Virus record (IMG/VR): IMGVR_UViG_3300015263_000599
Span: 1 to 64,000 of that record
Length of the DNA: 64,000 bases
Origin: a virus
Reading direction: 5' to 3' (one strand)
Positions within the stretch are counted from its first letter, which is position 1. Each line of letters opens with the position of its first letter. Under the pieces are notes generated by a model. That model saw only the letters and a list, made by a program, of their open reading frames with translations, did no database searches and was not told the origin of the DNA. Shown here piece by piece: positions 63,619 to 64,000 of this stretch. The position numbers and the translations under genes were made by a program.

Positions 63619-64000
63619 TCATCTTACAGAGAATCCCAATTCTTCCAGTGCTGTGAGAATCTCTTCCAGATAATAGGATGGAGTGGCTCCGTCCGGGGTG
63701 TCGTACTTATAGGCAAACTCATCTCTGTCAGAAAGCCCGTTGGGAGGAGCATAAAATCCCGTTCCGTTTTCCACAGCTTGAATAAGCTGCTTAAATCCAG
63801 CATATGGCTCCACTTGGAAAATCACCGCTCGATAGAAATATGTAGGAAACGTGTCCAGCCTCGCTCTCAATGCCGTCATATCTGTAATGAATCTTGAATT
63901 TGGCATTGGTGGAAACGTGAGATCTGCTGAATAGTAGCTCGATTCATCTTGAAACAGCAAAACCACGACATTACCAGCATCTTCCGGGAACTCATTCGAT
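63619..64000 (-). CDS. Hypothetical protein (5' end outside window)
   Basis: Frame of ORF 63619..63966 stays open to the window edge. Confidence 0.6.
   Translation of the reverse strand, partial: SNEFPEDAGNVVVLLFQDESSYYSADLTFPPMPNSRFITDMTALRARLDTFPTYFYRAVIFQVEPYAGFKQLIQAVENGTGFYAPPNGLSDRDEFAYKYDTPDGATPSYYLEEILTALEELGFSVR

Noticed and set aside
1-64000. Alternative genetic code (stop-codon reassignment)
   Set aside because: Conserved genes are full length under code 11 and end in TAA, TAG and TGA.

Overview
This window looks like part of a large (jumbo-type) dsDNA bacteriophage genome using genetic code 11. Genes are dense with many short ORFans and sigma70-like promoters. It has a T4-style replication/recombination set (gp32-like SSB, UvsX/RecA, UvsY-like, DnaB/gp41, UvsW, Ski2/Hel308-like helicase, a short family-A polymerase). 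Auxiliary genes include trxA, hsp20, dps, pyrB, pyrE, a DegT/GNAT/glycosyltransferase set, PncC, PNKP, RNA ligase, ADP-ribosylglycohydrolase and an ArgRS-like protein, plus a ~10 kb envelope cluster (SBP-OmpA, VWA, PspA-like, ABC transporter). The standout locus is 19.3-22.3 kb. A 336-aa RuvC/Nop-domain (IS110-related) protein lies downstream of a 10-unit dual-repeat array with paired 9-10 nt spacers (CCA-spacer-TG boxes, covarying GNRA hairpin), i.e. a TIGR-TasR-like RNA-guided system. Two stand-alone stem-loop guide units sit in neighbouring intergenic DNA, and an HNH gene is adjacent. Other notable items are a 182-nt tRNA-within-a-tRNA with Ala identity elements and no anticodon, a membrane-anchored paralogue of the SSB, a shared C-terminal W-x-[DE]-[DE]-G-F tail on unrelated small proteins, and a ~430-nt structured non-coding region upstream of polA. 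All calls come from reading motifs by eye; no database searches were run.
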